From Phoronis australis (Eukaryota; Animalia; Phoronida), in assembly GCA_002633005.1 (NCBI GenBank), contig NMRA01000135.1, positions 247,115 through 311,114 on the forward strand: a DNA stretch of 64,000 nt, written 5' to 3'. The notes below the pieces were generated by a model. That model saw nothing but the letters and a program-made list of their open reading frames with translations. It was not told where the DNA came from and searched no databases. Position 1 is the first letter of the stretch; every line of letters starts with the position of its first letter. The translations under genes were made by a program, and so were the position numbers. This document shows positions 39,075-50,500 of this stretch, in pieces.

Positions 39075-42000
39075 TTAATTTATTTATTTTTTAAAACTTT
39101 TAAAGTTTATTTGCATAAACTGATAATAACAATGGAATGCAGTAGAAAAGGAAACAAACACACAAACACATTCACTCCCACATTCACACATTCCAGCTCT
39201 GCTTGAATTTATACTGAATGTCTAAGGGTTTCAAAAAATCCCAACAAGTCAGGGGATAATTCTCTAGATTTCATGCTTTTCAAGACAGTGTCAAATAAAA
39301 TTGTGTGAAACCTCTGAAGAACAGGAATACGTGAAGACTTCGAGCAAGTATATATAAAGTACTGAGATAACGTTAATACGAACTTACTTTAAACACTTGA
39401 TGGAACTGTGCTCAACCGTCATCTTCAGTTGGTCTCCTACTGTCCTTAATGGTTTCGTCCCTAAACCAAGACCATCTCTAGTAGGCGGGACAACAGAGTT
39501 GATCAGGCTCTGCCTGACGGTTGTTGATGGTATTGCTGTTGGTGCTTCATCCATATCAAACAAGATGCCTGTTCAGCTTCGGTGGTCACATCGCGTAGAA
39601 GAACCTTCTTTCCTGTCGCAGTGACGCCCAGAGACCTTGCCATAGCAGTAACCGAGCTGGCCGGAAAACCACGGCAACCAACCTCCACAGAAAAATTCCA
39701 ACACCTCCAGCCGTTAACGTGGCAGTCACTCCTCAGATCAGTATATTTCAGGTTCTTCCGCTCGTGTGCCTCTTCTACCCTACTCTCCCACGGAATGGTG
39801 AGCTCGATCAGGATGATCTGGTGGGAACTGTCCGAATAAAGAACCAAGTCAGGGCACTGGGTAGCCTAGACAATGTGTTGTGGGAAGGATGACTGGTGGC
39901 CGGCAAGATCAACCCACAATTTCCAGTCGTTGGTTGTGTGAAGGATGCCTTTTTGCGCTGGTGTCTTCCCNNNNNNNNNNNNNNNNNNNNNNNNNNNNNN
40001 NNNNNNNNNNNNNNNNNNNNNNNNNNNNNNNNNNNNNNNNNNNNNNNNNNNNNNNNNNNNNNNNNNNNNNNNNNNNNNNNNNNNNNNNNNNNNNNNNNNN
40101 NNNNNNNNNNNNNNNNNNNNNNNNNNNNNNNNNNNNNNNNNNNNNNNNNNNNNNNNNNNNNNNNNNNNNNNNNNNNNNNNNNNNNNNNNNNNNNNNNNNN
40201 NNNNNNNNNNNNNNNNNNNNNNNNNNNNNNNNNNNNNNNNNNNNNNNNNNNNNNNNNNNNNNNNNNNNNNNNNNNNNNNNNNNNNNNNNNNNNNNNNNNN
40301 NNNNNNNNNNNNNNNNNNNNNNNNNNNNNNNNNNNNNNNNNNNNNNNNNNNNNNNNNNNNNNNNNNNNNNNNNNNNNNNNNNNNNNNNNNNNNNNNNNNN
40401 NNNNNNNCAGATTCTTCTTGCCCTTCTTCGCTCGGTGTATGAGTTCACTTATGATAGAATTATGTTCCAGGCATCCAGAAAAGCCTGGTACCCCGCCTTT
40501 CTGTGAAGATGTGTCAATATACTTGTTCTTGATCATGAAGTCTGTCATTCTGCCGGATAGGATTGCTAAGTAGATCTTTCCTTCCACGCTGAGCAGTGAA
40601 ATTGGTCGAAACTGGCTAATCTGCTTCGAGCCTTCTTCTTTCGGAACATAAACTCCTTCAGCTCGCCCCCACTTGGCTGGAACTACGCCCTTCCTCCAGA
40701 GGATCTTAAACAGCTTCCAGAGCCTTTCTCTCAACTTGGAACACATCTTATAGACCTTTTAGGAAATTCTGCTTAGACCAGGGGCTGACCCCGGTCGGGC
40801 TTTCTTCACAGTGCTATCCACTTCTGACTTCTTAATGTCCCCCAGATCAAAACCTTCCTCTGGTAGATCTTCAGCCTCTAGACCTGGAAAGTCGCCAAGG
40901 GGAGTATCTTTCAACTCATCGCTGTGAATTTTGGCAAGGTGCTTCTCCAACTCTGCCCGGGTGCAGGTAAGTGTTCCGCTTTTGCTCTTGCCTAAAAGCC
41001 TTGAAGCATACTGATAGGGGTTCCTAATGAATTTTTTCTCTCTGCCTTGACCGTTTCTTCCTATTTTGTGCACCTCGTTTTCCTTTGCGGAGGGACAATA
41101 GTCGCTTGCGGGCCTCAGATGTCAGGTGAGTTATTCCTGCTTTTTCGTGCTCAGCTGCACTCTTCCACAGGCGACGGAGTTCTCTAAGTTCTCTGCGGAT
41201 AGTTGCTATTTCCCGTTATCGTCTGTTTGGTCCTCGTGGGTTTGATGTTTCCTTTCTTTTCTCTACTGTTCCAAAGCGGTCCACACTGACTTGGTAAACA
41301 ATCCTAGTCATAGCCTCAATCTTTGTCTCTGCTGGACCTCGAAGAGTGACACGTAAGATGCTATCTAGATCATCGTCTAAGGTTGACCACGCCTTCTTAT
41401 CAGCTGCTGATGGCCACTTGATTCGATCCTTCTTTGCAGTATCTGGTGGACCTGCTGAACTGGCTGGAACTGGATTCTGATATACTTCAGCTTCTACTAC
41501 TAATGCTTCCATCTGATGCGTAGCTGGGAGGTCTTCTGCACTGTGGTTTGAGACCTGGCTCAATCCCTCCCCCGTCTCACCGGACGTGGCGCCCAAGCGT
41601 TGCCTTGCGACCTGACGTAAGCACTCCATCTTTCCTTGGTGAATCTTCAACCCACTTAAATTCTTCAGAATCGTTCCACACACACAGGTTCTTGATACTA
41701 AATCGGTGTTCGTAATCGTAGTCCTATTCGGTCCGGTCGTTGCCGTTTGAGGTCTGTCGTTGGACTCTTCTTGCATCCTCCCTCTCGGAGAGTCCTGAGG
41801 TTGTCTTTCTGGTAATTTGGACATAGCAATATGAATGAGTGTGTCCTCGCGAACACTTCAGACGGACAGCTAATCCGAGCTGAATCCGATGCTGTCTTTC
41901 CACGCTGTCATCAGTCTCTCCCGATGTCCCTTGTATTTCCAAGTGTCATCCATCCTATTCATGGAAGTCACGGCTTTGCCGATAACAAGAACTTACTTTA

Positions 42001-42400
42001 AACACTTGATGGAACTGTGCTCAACCGTCATCTTCAGCTGGTCTCCTACTGTCCTTAATTTTTTCGTCCCTAAACCAAGACCATCTCTAGTAGTGATTAA
42101 TTTCGTAGCCATGATCTCCAAAGTAAGCAAATAGCAGGACACGCTTTTCAGCCAGTAACAGGTTATCTCCAACGACGTTTCAAATCCAAGTTAGTAATTT
42201 ATTCCAAAAAGAAAGTACATGCTCACAGTCCAAAAAAGTTTCTACCACTCCGCAAATTGAGCATTTGTCGTTTTGGACTATTTTCATTTTCTTTGAAAAA
42301 TATTTTTGTGTAAACTTTTTATGAATGTGATAATACTTAAAAACTTTCAAATGAGGTTGGAGCAACCTTCATGATTTCGGCCTCACTCAAATTAGAAAAT
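39075..42400 (-). mobile_element. old L1/Tx1-like LINE 3' fragment, split by the Hero-like insertion
   Basis: 42180-42365 encodes DKCSICGVVETFLDCEHVLSFWNKLLTWI (CCHC-type C-terminal motif); continues ...YEINH|VLTLSQYFIYTCSK across the insertion to a stop at 39209-39211, then AATAAA and an A-rich tail at about 39075-39112. Confidence 0.7.
39381..42093 (-). mobile_element. R2-group non-LTR retrotransposon with restriction-like endonuclease (Hero-like), disrupted ORF, 104-bp direct terminal repeats
   Basis: ORF starts ATG 41824: zinc-finger-like CVCG..LKNLSGLKIHQGKMEC; RT motifs SAPG, PKE..SKQISQFRPISLLSVEGK, QKGGVPGFSGCLEH; C-terminal PD..IELTIPWE...K.LKY...VEVGCRGF endonuclease ending at 39503; nonsense codons at 41216 and 40759 plus a frameshift near 41085; gap 39971-40407 hides the RT core. 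Confidence 0.92.
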
Positions 42401-43301
42401 GATTTCTAGGCTGGAGAAGAATTCTTTAGTAGTTGTTTTAGACAAGACCCGATAAATTGCTCGTGACGCCGAGTCAGTTTCAGACGGAAAGATAGTCTGT
42501 CTGTCATGGGAATTCAGATTTATAGCAACAAATTCAAACAAATGTGAAGAACGCTATGGGTCTGACGACTTAGAAGCAAAAAGTTGGTGTTTTTAACACT
42601 ACGTAGCGTCCAGGTTATAATCTTTGTACTCGAAATTAAATTTGAAAATATGTTTGGCATTTGCACTTTCAACTTAAATGCTAACTCAAAACGGTTGTCT
42701 ATCGTTGTGCTCATTAGTTTGCATGTTAACGCTAGCCTTTAAGTTAATAGTTCGAGTCTGAACTCAAAATATCCGAGTTTTAACTCGAAAGCTCGAGTTT
42801 CTACTCAAGTTTGTAGCTCGAATCTTGGGGGTCACCAAGCACGAACTTGGTCTAGACACTCATCTGTGTAGTAAACCATAAGAGTAACAACAAATTGTAT
42901 GGAGTTTGTATTCAAGTAGACAGGAAAATGTCAAAATTTGTTCGAATTCTATTTCTACTAAAAGATCAGACCTGGGCGCAAAACAGAGCAGCTTCAAAAT
43001 GGCTATGAACCAGCCAACAACATGTAATTTAAAACACTTAAAGCAATGACATTGGTCTCAAACTGTTCCTTAGTCAAAACTAGTGTGATTTATGATCTTG
43101 AAAAAAACTGTCAACTCGTTATTGCTTGAGACAAGGCGTCGTGTCATTTTATTGGCCGATCACGATCTCGTGTAATAACGACCATTGCAATGCTAAAATT
43201 CACTCCTCGCTTGAAAAAAGAACTGTTTAGACTTAATTTAAAGCGGTATGTGGTTTAGGTTTAAAGGTTTTTTCTTCGACGGAAAGCGATTTTGTTGTGG
43301 C

Positions 43302-43800
43302 TTTAAAGAGTCCTGGAACGCCATAAACAGGCGAAATTCCAATATTGATAATGGTTTTCTGAAACTGACGCAGAATTCAACCTGCTCACTTCTCTGCCAC
43401 TGGAGCAGAATTCAACCTGCTCACCAGATATTTTAGGTGTGTTGGTAAAACTTCTGTTATTATCAAAGCATTTCTTTTAGTTTCAAATTAAAAAAACGAT
43501 CTCGCCACTTCGATTTTCCTCCCACAAGGCAAAGCACGTCTTCTTATTTAGTACGGCAAGAATTAGACGTAGCGCATTTGCCTTACGTGGAAAATGTGAC
43601 CTTTGACCTCAACCGACTTCAAACAATAAACTGTTAGCGCATGCGCGTATTTATCATAAGTGGGAGGGAGATAAGAAACTCTGTGGTAACCACAGAGTTT
43701 TTCCGTCGCGCATACTTGAAAAATCTTGAATGTTGTGATCTTTTATGGAAATTTCCAGACGTTGCGAGATGGTAATTTTGTCAGTAAAAGTGTTCTTTTG
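43302..43800 (+). mobile_element. Kolobok-like non-autonomous element copy
   Basis: Starts TTAAagagtcctgg; collinear with 48215-48735 and 7020-7713. Confidence 0.6.
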
Positions 43801-44502
43801 AACTGCGTTCTTCAAGATTAGTATCTTGCGAGTTTGGCGACACGCGAGCGAAGCACGTGACTGTCAGGAATCGGATTTAGTGAACATTAACTCGCTGCGT
43901 AGGAGAGTGGTGGCGCTGTTGCAAACGATATCAACCAGGTGGCGCTGGTAAAACGTCCGGGAAGTCGCACGCACGGAAAAGAAAAGGAGACTCACGAGAC
44001 GCGGGAACGCAAAAAGAAATCACAATTTTGTTTGTCAGGAATATTGACCAGTGGATTTCTGGTGTGAAAAGTACAGTTAACTCAGCCGTTATGAAATAAA
44101 AAGGCTTTAAAACTGTTGTGCGACACTGTACTAGTTCGACGGACTGTGAACAGTGTGAACAACTTCAGTTTCAGAGTACAAACCATGTGTGGAAAGTGGA
44201 ACCATTTCGTAATTATATAGCATGGGCGTAATTTTAAATTCAGTTAACTTGAGTCGGGACATTGACATTTAGTTCAGCGTGGTGCTTCAGGAACTTTATA
44301 AAGAACTCTCATTTAAACAAGTTTAACATGGTTTATTAGTTTCATTAAAGTTATATTTTAACCACACACGGAGTTAGAGTGATCATTCCGCACAAACCGT
44401 AACAGTGACTTCACTGGCTTTCACTCGCTCCACACAAATACTATTGTGGCGTAAACAGTAAACTTTTGTACTTCTTTTACGTGAACTGCGCATGCGTTGT
44501 GC

Positions 44503-47500
44503 CTACGATCGTCGCGCTCGAGTCCCTTTGAATGACGCTAGGCACTGCATTACAGTCAACACCAAACAAACAGCACAAGAACAGGCAAAGCATGACAAAA
44601 TTACATAAGAAGGACCTTTGTTTGTCATAAGGTATCCACTAAACCAAACGAAAACCAAATCACCAGTGCTATAACCAATATCATTGATTGCAGCTACTGG
44701 TGCTGTGACTTCAATATACCTGTCCAACCAAACAAAAGCGGCAGTGTAACCATTGCGTGCAGTCGCGGCATAACAACACATGACCACCCAAAAAGTCGTC
44801 TGTGCGTGATGTGGCATAAAAAATGTCACGTATGCAAGAAATCCAGCTGCAGAGTATACAGTAAAGAAAAAATAAGTTTGAATGGGTAATATCTTCAGCA
44901 AAAGGATGCTGACAATCCGAGAGCCAGCCGAAACCAGATTATAAGTCGTAAACATTAACACGGCCGTGTGTTCGTCAAACTTCAGTCTGATGTCATCGAC
45001 GCCAATGGCCACCAAGAGATATGTGAACGGTGTATCCCGGGCAATGGTGGTAAAGCTCAGGAATGGTACAAAGATGAGTAGCACAATAAACAGCTTCAAC
45101 GTTCCTCGTGAAGTTTCTTCCGATATTGTAACCTTAATTGATTTTTTTGTGCCTTGAAGCTCCGTCATAGTTGCTGGGTGCTTGTACAGCGCGAAACAGA
45201 CGAAAATAAATGAGCATGCGGCATTGTAGGAGCCGCATATTGCATAAGGAATTTGAATTTTCGTTCGAAATGTCGAATTGTCCCCTGTTGCTAAAAAATC
45301 ATGGCTTCTGAACTCTGACCACACGGACTGTGCTGTTGAATTAATGAATTCGTTGGTACTGTTTTTGTTGAGTATAAATGGTGACGCTACAAGAGGCGCA
45401 ACCAACTGTCCAACACTGTAGGCTAAATGATATCCGAATACTGCCGTTGATGCTTTGGTCTGCCACATGGAAATGCACAGAGGATTTGAAACTGGAAAGC
45501 AGAAAAGGAATAATTAAGGTCAGAAGGTCTTCCACTAGATAGCGCTGCCGGTTGGTACCCTCGCCCTTCCAAGATCAGCAACTGCTTGCTTGCCAAAGGC
45601 ATGCGATTTAATAAGCCCCACACAACATTTAACACACGTTTTCAGCGCTAAACCGTGGGAACCAATTTGTTGAAACAGTTTTGGCTATATCGACGTCTTT
45701 TAAGGACCACATAGACCAACAATTTTGCTTGATTAACGTCAGGTAGAATTAAGTCAAAATAACACAAGCAGCAATTTCTCCATCTGTTCTTCGGCTAGAC
45801 ACGAGTATGCGGTCACTGATCACTCGCCTACATATGTCTCAAAACTACGGGACGCATTTTGAAATAACTCGAAATAGGGAAGATTTATTTGTACACTTCT
45901 TGCAGGGAGCTGATAGCCAAGGTGTGGGAATGTTTGCCCACCTATCATTTGAAAATTAAAATCTTTAAACGGTCGCCTTTGGTGCGTGAACTCGCTTTTG
46001 CTCTATTTTCCATGGCTGACATTACATTAACTAACACATCATATCATACTGTAGTTTGCGGCTTTTCTGCGTGGACTAGCTCTTTCTTTTAGGTACTCGT
46101 GGAATTGGGTATGGCGAGCGCGGGTCCCAGGGAACATCTCGAAAACGTGAAACGAGGCGGCTCGGCGGAAGTAATGTTTTAAGGTTTGCATAGGCCAACT
46201 AACTGTGTGAAAGGTTACCCCATCTCCCTACACCCACGTGTGCCTCAGATTAAGTGAAACACAAGCATGTCGATATATCGAAACATTGAAACATCATTTC
46301 TCGAATCGCCTCGTCTCATGTTTGGCACTGTAATGGCTGCCATTGATGTCAACTAAAGAAAATCATTGTTTACATGTTTGTAACACAGGCCGGTCCAGTT
46401 GAAGATTATAATTTTCAAACACCATCTGAGTGAAAATTCACACATCTTGATTGTGCTGTCATAAAAAGAATTTAATACGTTGTTTCTTTTTTTATTCATT
46501 CTTATTGCTGAAAATGGGTGCCATAATTTCGAGACACCCTTCAAAAGAAGAAAAATCTACATTTGAATCAAAAGTTCAAACACTGATGTAACAGCGCAAA
46601 CAATACAATGCATACGTACATCATCACGTCACCAGGGGTACCGTAGAATCATACGCACGGGTATACAAACCATACGTACGAACCTATACATCATGCATAT
46701 GAACCCGTGAATCATGCATACGAACTCAAAAATCACGCATACGAACGTGATTTTTGTTCGTATGCGTGATTTTTGGGTTCGTACGCCTGAATCATAGGTT
46801 CGTACTGGTTCATGCGCAAGATGCGATGCTCGTCCTTATATTCTATGGTACCCCTGTACATGAATACTTTAAATTAATTAATAAGCATTTGTTTTTTACT
46901 CTCCACACAATACCCATTATCATATGCCAAGTAGCTCAATTAGGATGATCCCCTAACAGGCTACTGTTATCATCGGCACGTAAAAAGAGTGCCAAAATGC
47001 CATCCCTTCTGGCACGGTTGGCTTAGGCCTACGCTTATCCATCCAGGAGAGAGGTGAGAAACTAATCATTACATTATGGCAAGATAAATTTTATTAGAGT
47101 TAGGGCTCAATTAATGATTCTCGTGTTTAGGTCAGTAAGCACGAGTGCGTTCCATAGACGTAGGATTTACCTCACGAAAACGCAAGATCACGCAAGACTT
47201 CGCGAGATATCGTCGTGCAGTACAAGCAAAGTACGTGATCGCACGCCTAGCTTCCTTCGCAAGATTTTTGCGTCTACGCAACTCAGCCCATGATATCCTC
47301 TGTCACAGCAAGGAGGAAATGACTTTGAAGTGCATGTACGTGCGACACGTACGTACAATTGGAAACGTACTTGTGCTCATGGCCGCTTGGCTTAATCCTA
47401 AGATGAAGTAGAAAACTGCTAGAAGTTCTAGGTACTTTGGTGGTGTCCAAGGAATACTGGCAACACTTCCGGCTGCAAAACAAACAGGAGCAGTCAACAG

Positions 47501-50500
47501 TACGTGTGAGTACAGTATTAAACGGTGTGTCCAAACACATTCAGAAGAGCTAAAATTAGCATCTTGTTTATTTCGGCCGGGTTGCAACTTCTGCCTCACG
47601 GATCAATATTCGTTTTATCGGCTGTTTTTTTCTGAGTAAAGTGACATAGACACCAAATCAATCCAGTATGTTTTTATGACCTGACACACTAAACCCTGTT
47701 TTGATGATTCAAAGGAGAATGTCGCCAAAAACAACGTTTTTTGTATCAATTTAGATCGACTGTATACGAGGTGGTGTGGATATAGACCGATTAAGACGGT
47801 AACAAAAACTAATTAAATCGGGTGGCATTCTCCTTTAAGCAAATGACTTTCCAACTAAGGAAGTCAATATAGTCAGTAACTTAACTGTATTTTCGGCTTG
47901 CACGAAGCCAACTACGTGTTGGAGGTTATAACGAGGCTAAAAGTATTTACCAGTATTTTATAAATTATTTGCAACCATTATGACGTCAAACTGTTATTGT
48001 TGTGCAGTGGGATATTCAAATGACTCGCAAAAATGTCTGTTCGTGAACGAACCTGTGTTTCGTACCTGTCAACTCGTCCCGCCCTGCCGCAGTGTCCAGA
48101 AATAGAAATCCAGCCAAGCCGAAGAAACTTTAGCGCTTTTACAATTGTAAAGGGTTGTAAGTAGAATGTTTTTTTATTTCACATGCTAACTATCTGCACA
48201 TAATTTGCAACAACTTAAGAGTCCTGGAACACGATAAATAGACTAAATTGCAAATGAATATTGAAAGTGGTTTTCTGCAACTGAAACAATTCAACCTGCT
48301 CACCAGGTATTTTTAGCGTTTGTTCGTAAAGATTTTTAATTTATATTGATATCAAAGCATTCTCTTTTACGTAGTTTCAAATTTCAAAAAACAACCTGTC
48401 TACTGCTCGCCACTTCGACGTCTCCAAGAAGGCACAGCACCTCTCCTTATTTAGTATGGCATGACATTGACGCAGCACATTCCTCATGTGGAAAATGTGA
48501 CTTCAAGCAACTGAGTGTGAGCGCATGGGCGCATTTATCATCAATGGGAGGAACTCTGTGGTATCCACAGTTTTTCCTTTGTACGTATTTAAAAATGGTG
48601 AATTTTGTGCTTTTTCGGGAAATTTCCTCACAGGGGAAAGTGAATTACTCTGTACTAGACGTTGCGAAATGGTACTTTCGTCAGGAACTGTTTAAAAGAT
48701 ATTTTTCACAAGCTTTCTCATTCCATGCCTCTTTAGCTTAGATATGGATATTTTTCTAATAGATACAGTATCCAAACTTAAATTAGTCAGCAATCTTAAA
48801 TTTTAATCACTTAACAGCCTCTTTGATATAGCCTTTCTATATTTTTTGTGTTTATGTGTGTTTGTCTGTGTATTTGTAACTAGATCGTTTAACATCCTAT
48901 GTATTATGATATTATTATACAATAGAAATTGTCTCTTGTAATTTTGATGTCTTTCGGTAATCATACTTTTTATATTTATTGTTATCATGATTGTTAATCT
49001 GTCTTTATATATCTTCGATTTACGTGAAGATTAAACATTCTAGTAAAAAGTGCTATTACTGTTTGAAGTCAATTGTTATGTCATCCATCCCATGAGCGTA
49101 GTTCACCGTTTTAACACGAGATTTGGGCAATTATATAACTGGGTGTTCCATCGAGACAGGAACCCCGGTGTAAAACATATATCGAAAACAGACTCCCGCA
49201 CCTTCAAAGCAGCTAATCAGACCGATAAACACGAACCCTGACCTTCAAAACAGAAACCCAGGAGATCAGACAGAACACCGGGGGACCAAATCACCACCGT
49301 GACTCCCGCACTTTTTGTCAAACATTGTTTGATGAAAAATAAATCTTCCTACTTTAAATAGTTGTTGTGAGAATTTTAGACAAATTTGGCGTCTCATGTT
49401 GTTCTGCTGCTAAAGTTATGGTGCGATCTTTTGCGGCGGCTTTCGGCGCCATGAAATATTGCACCACCTAATTCTTTTCTCCCCAATTCTTCAATCAACT
49501 CTTCTTCTTCTACGAGGACAGGTTGCGTACATGTCACAACAATCAATTAACAATGACACTCGAAGGTCGAAATAACATTTTTGTTTTTCATGGTTGAAAA
49601 TATTTTTGGAGAAACTATTGCATAATCTGAAATTATCTAGATATTCACCGAGATAACAACGTGTTGAGAGTATAGGTCATTTTGAAATTCGCCCACAGAC
49701 AAGTTGCACGAGTTTTATCGATAAAAATCAATTGCAGAAAACAATTGGAAAGTAATGGAAGATGCTTTAACTTAAAGTTTGAGGGTATTGACAACGGTCT
49801 CAGGAAATTTGAAAATGGTCAGGGTTCGTGTTTTTCGGGCTGATTAGCCGTTTTGAAGGTGCGGGAGTCTGTTTTCGAACCGAGATATCTGTTTTACTCC
49901 TGTTTTGATGGAACACCCTGTATAATCAGCAATACTATATCTAGTACTATATATCTAGTAATATATCTAGTAATACTATATCTAGTACAAAGTGCAACGC
50001 TCTAAGGGACGATGACGGTACCCCACGAGACTAATTACTCAATTATGCTGAGCAATTTGAGCACGTGCCTGCGACAACATTTAAAATTGTAGCTTTGTGG
50101 ATGCCAATTAAAAATCAGTTGGAAGACGATGTGGGCGCATCATATTTTTAATTTGCGTTAACATCTAGAGGTTGTTTTCCACTTGACTGACAGGCCGGGG
50201 ATTTAATAACTTTGTAATAAGTCATAAACATAGGACTGTGCTGTAAGTCAGCGTGTTGGTATGATAGGAGTAAGAATCATTGGTCTCTTACGCGCGCACG
50301 TTGCAAAAAGGACTGGTTTCGAGCGCCGGTCGCGTCAGAGATCTTTTCAGACCAGGACACGGAAACTTTTCACTGTATCACTGTAGGTCATGCGATGTGA
50401 CCAACATATGGCGAGACTAAAAAAATTACTTTAGTATGCCAATGCCCTGTGCAATATACCGTACTAATAGAACTTGTTAGGCAGTGGGATCAAAGTGAAC

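Noticed and set aside
39971-40407. Retrotransposon naturally lacking most of its RT domain
   Set aside because: The missing part coincides with an assembly gap of estimated length, so deletion cannot be claimed.
39380-42093. Reading the 104-105 bp direct repeats as a giant target-site duplication or as true LTRs
   Set aside because: The host LINE frame is restored only when both copies are removed; there are no TG...CA ends and no integrase, and the protein is RT plus restriction-like endonuclease.
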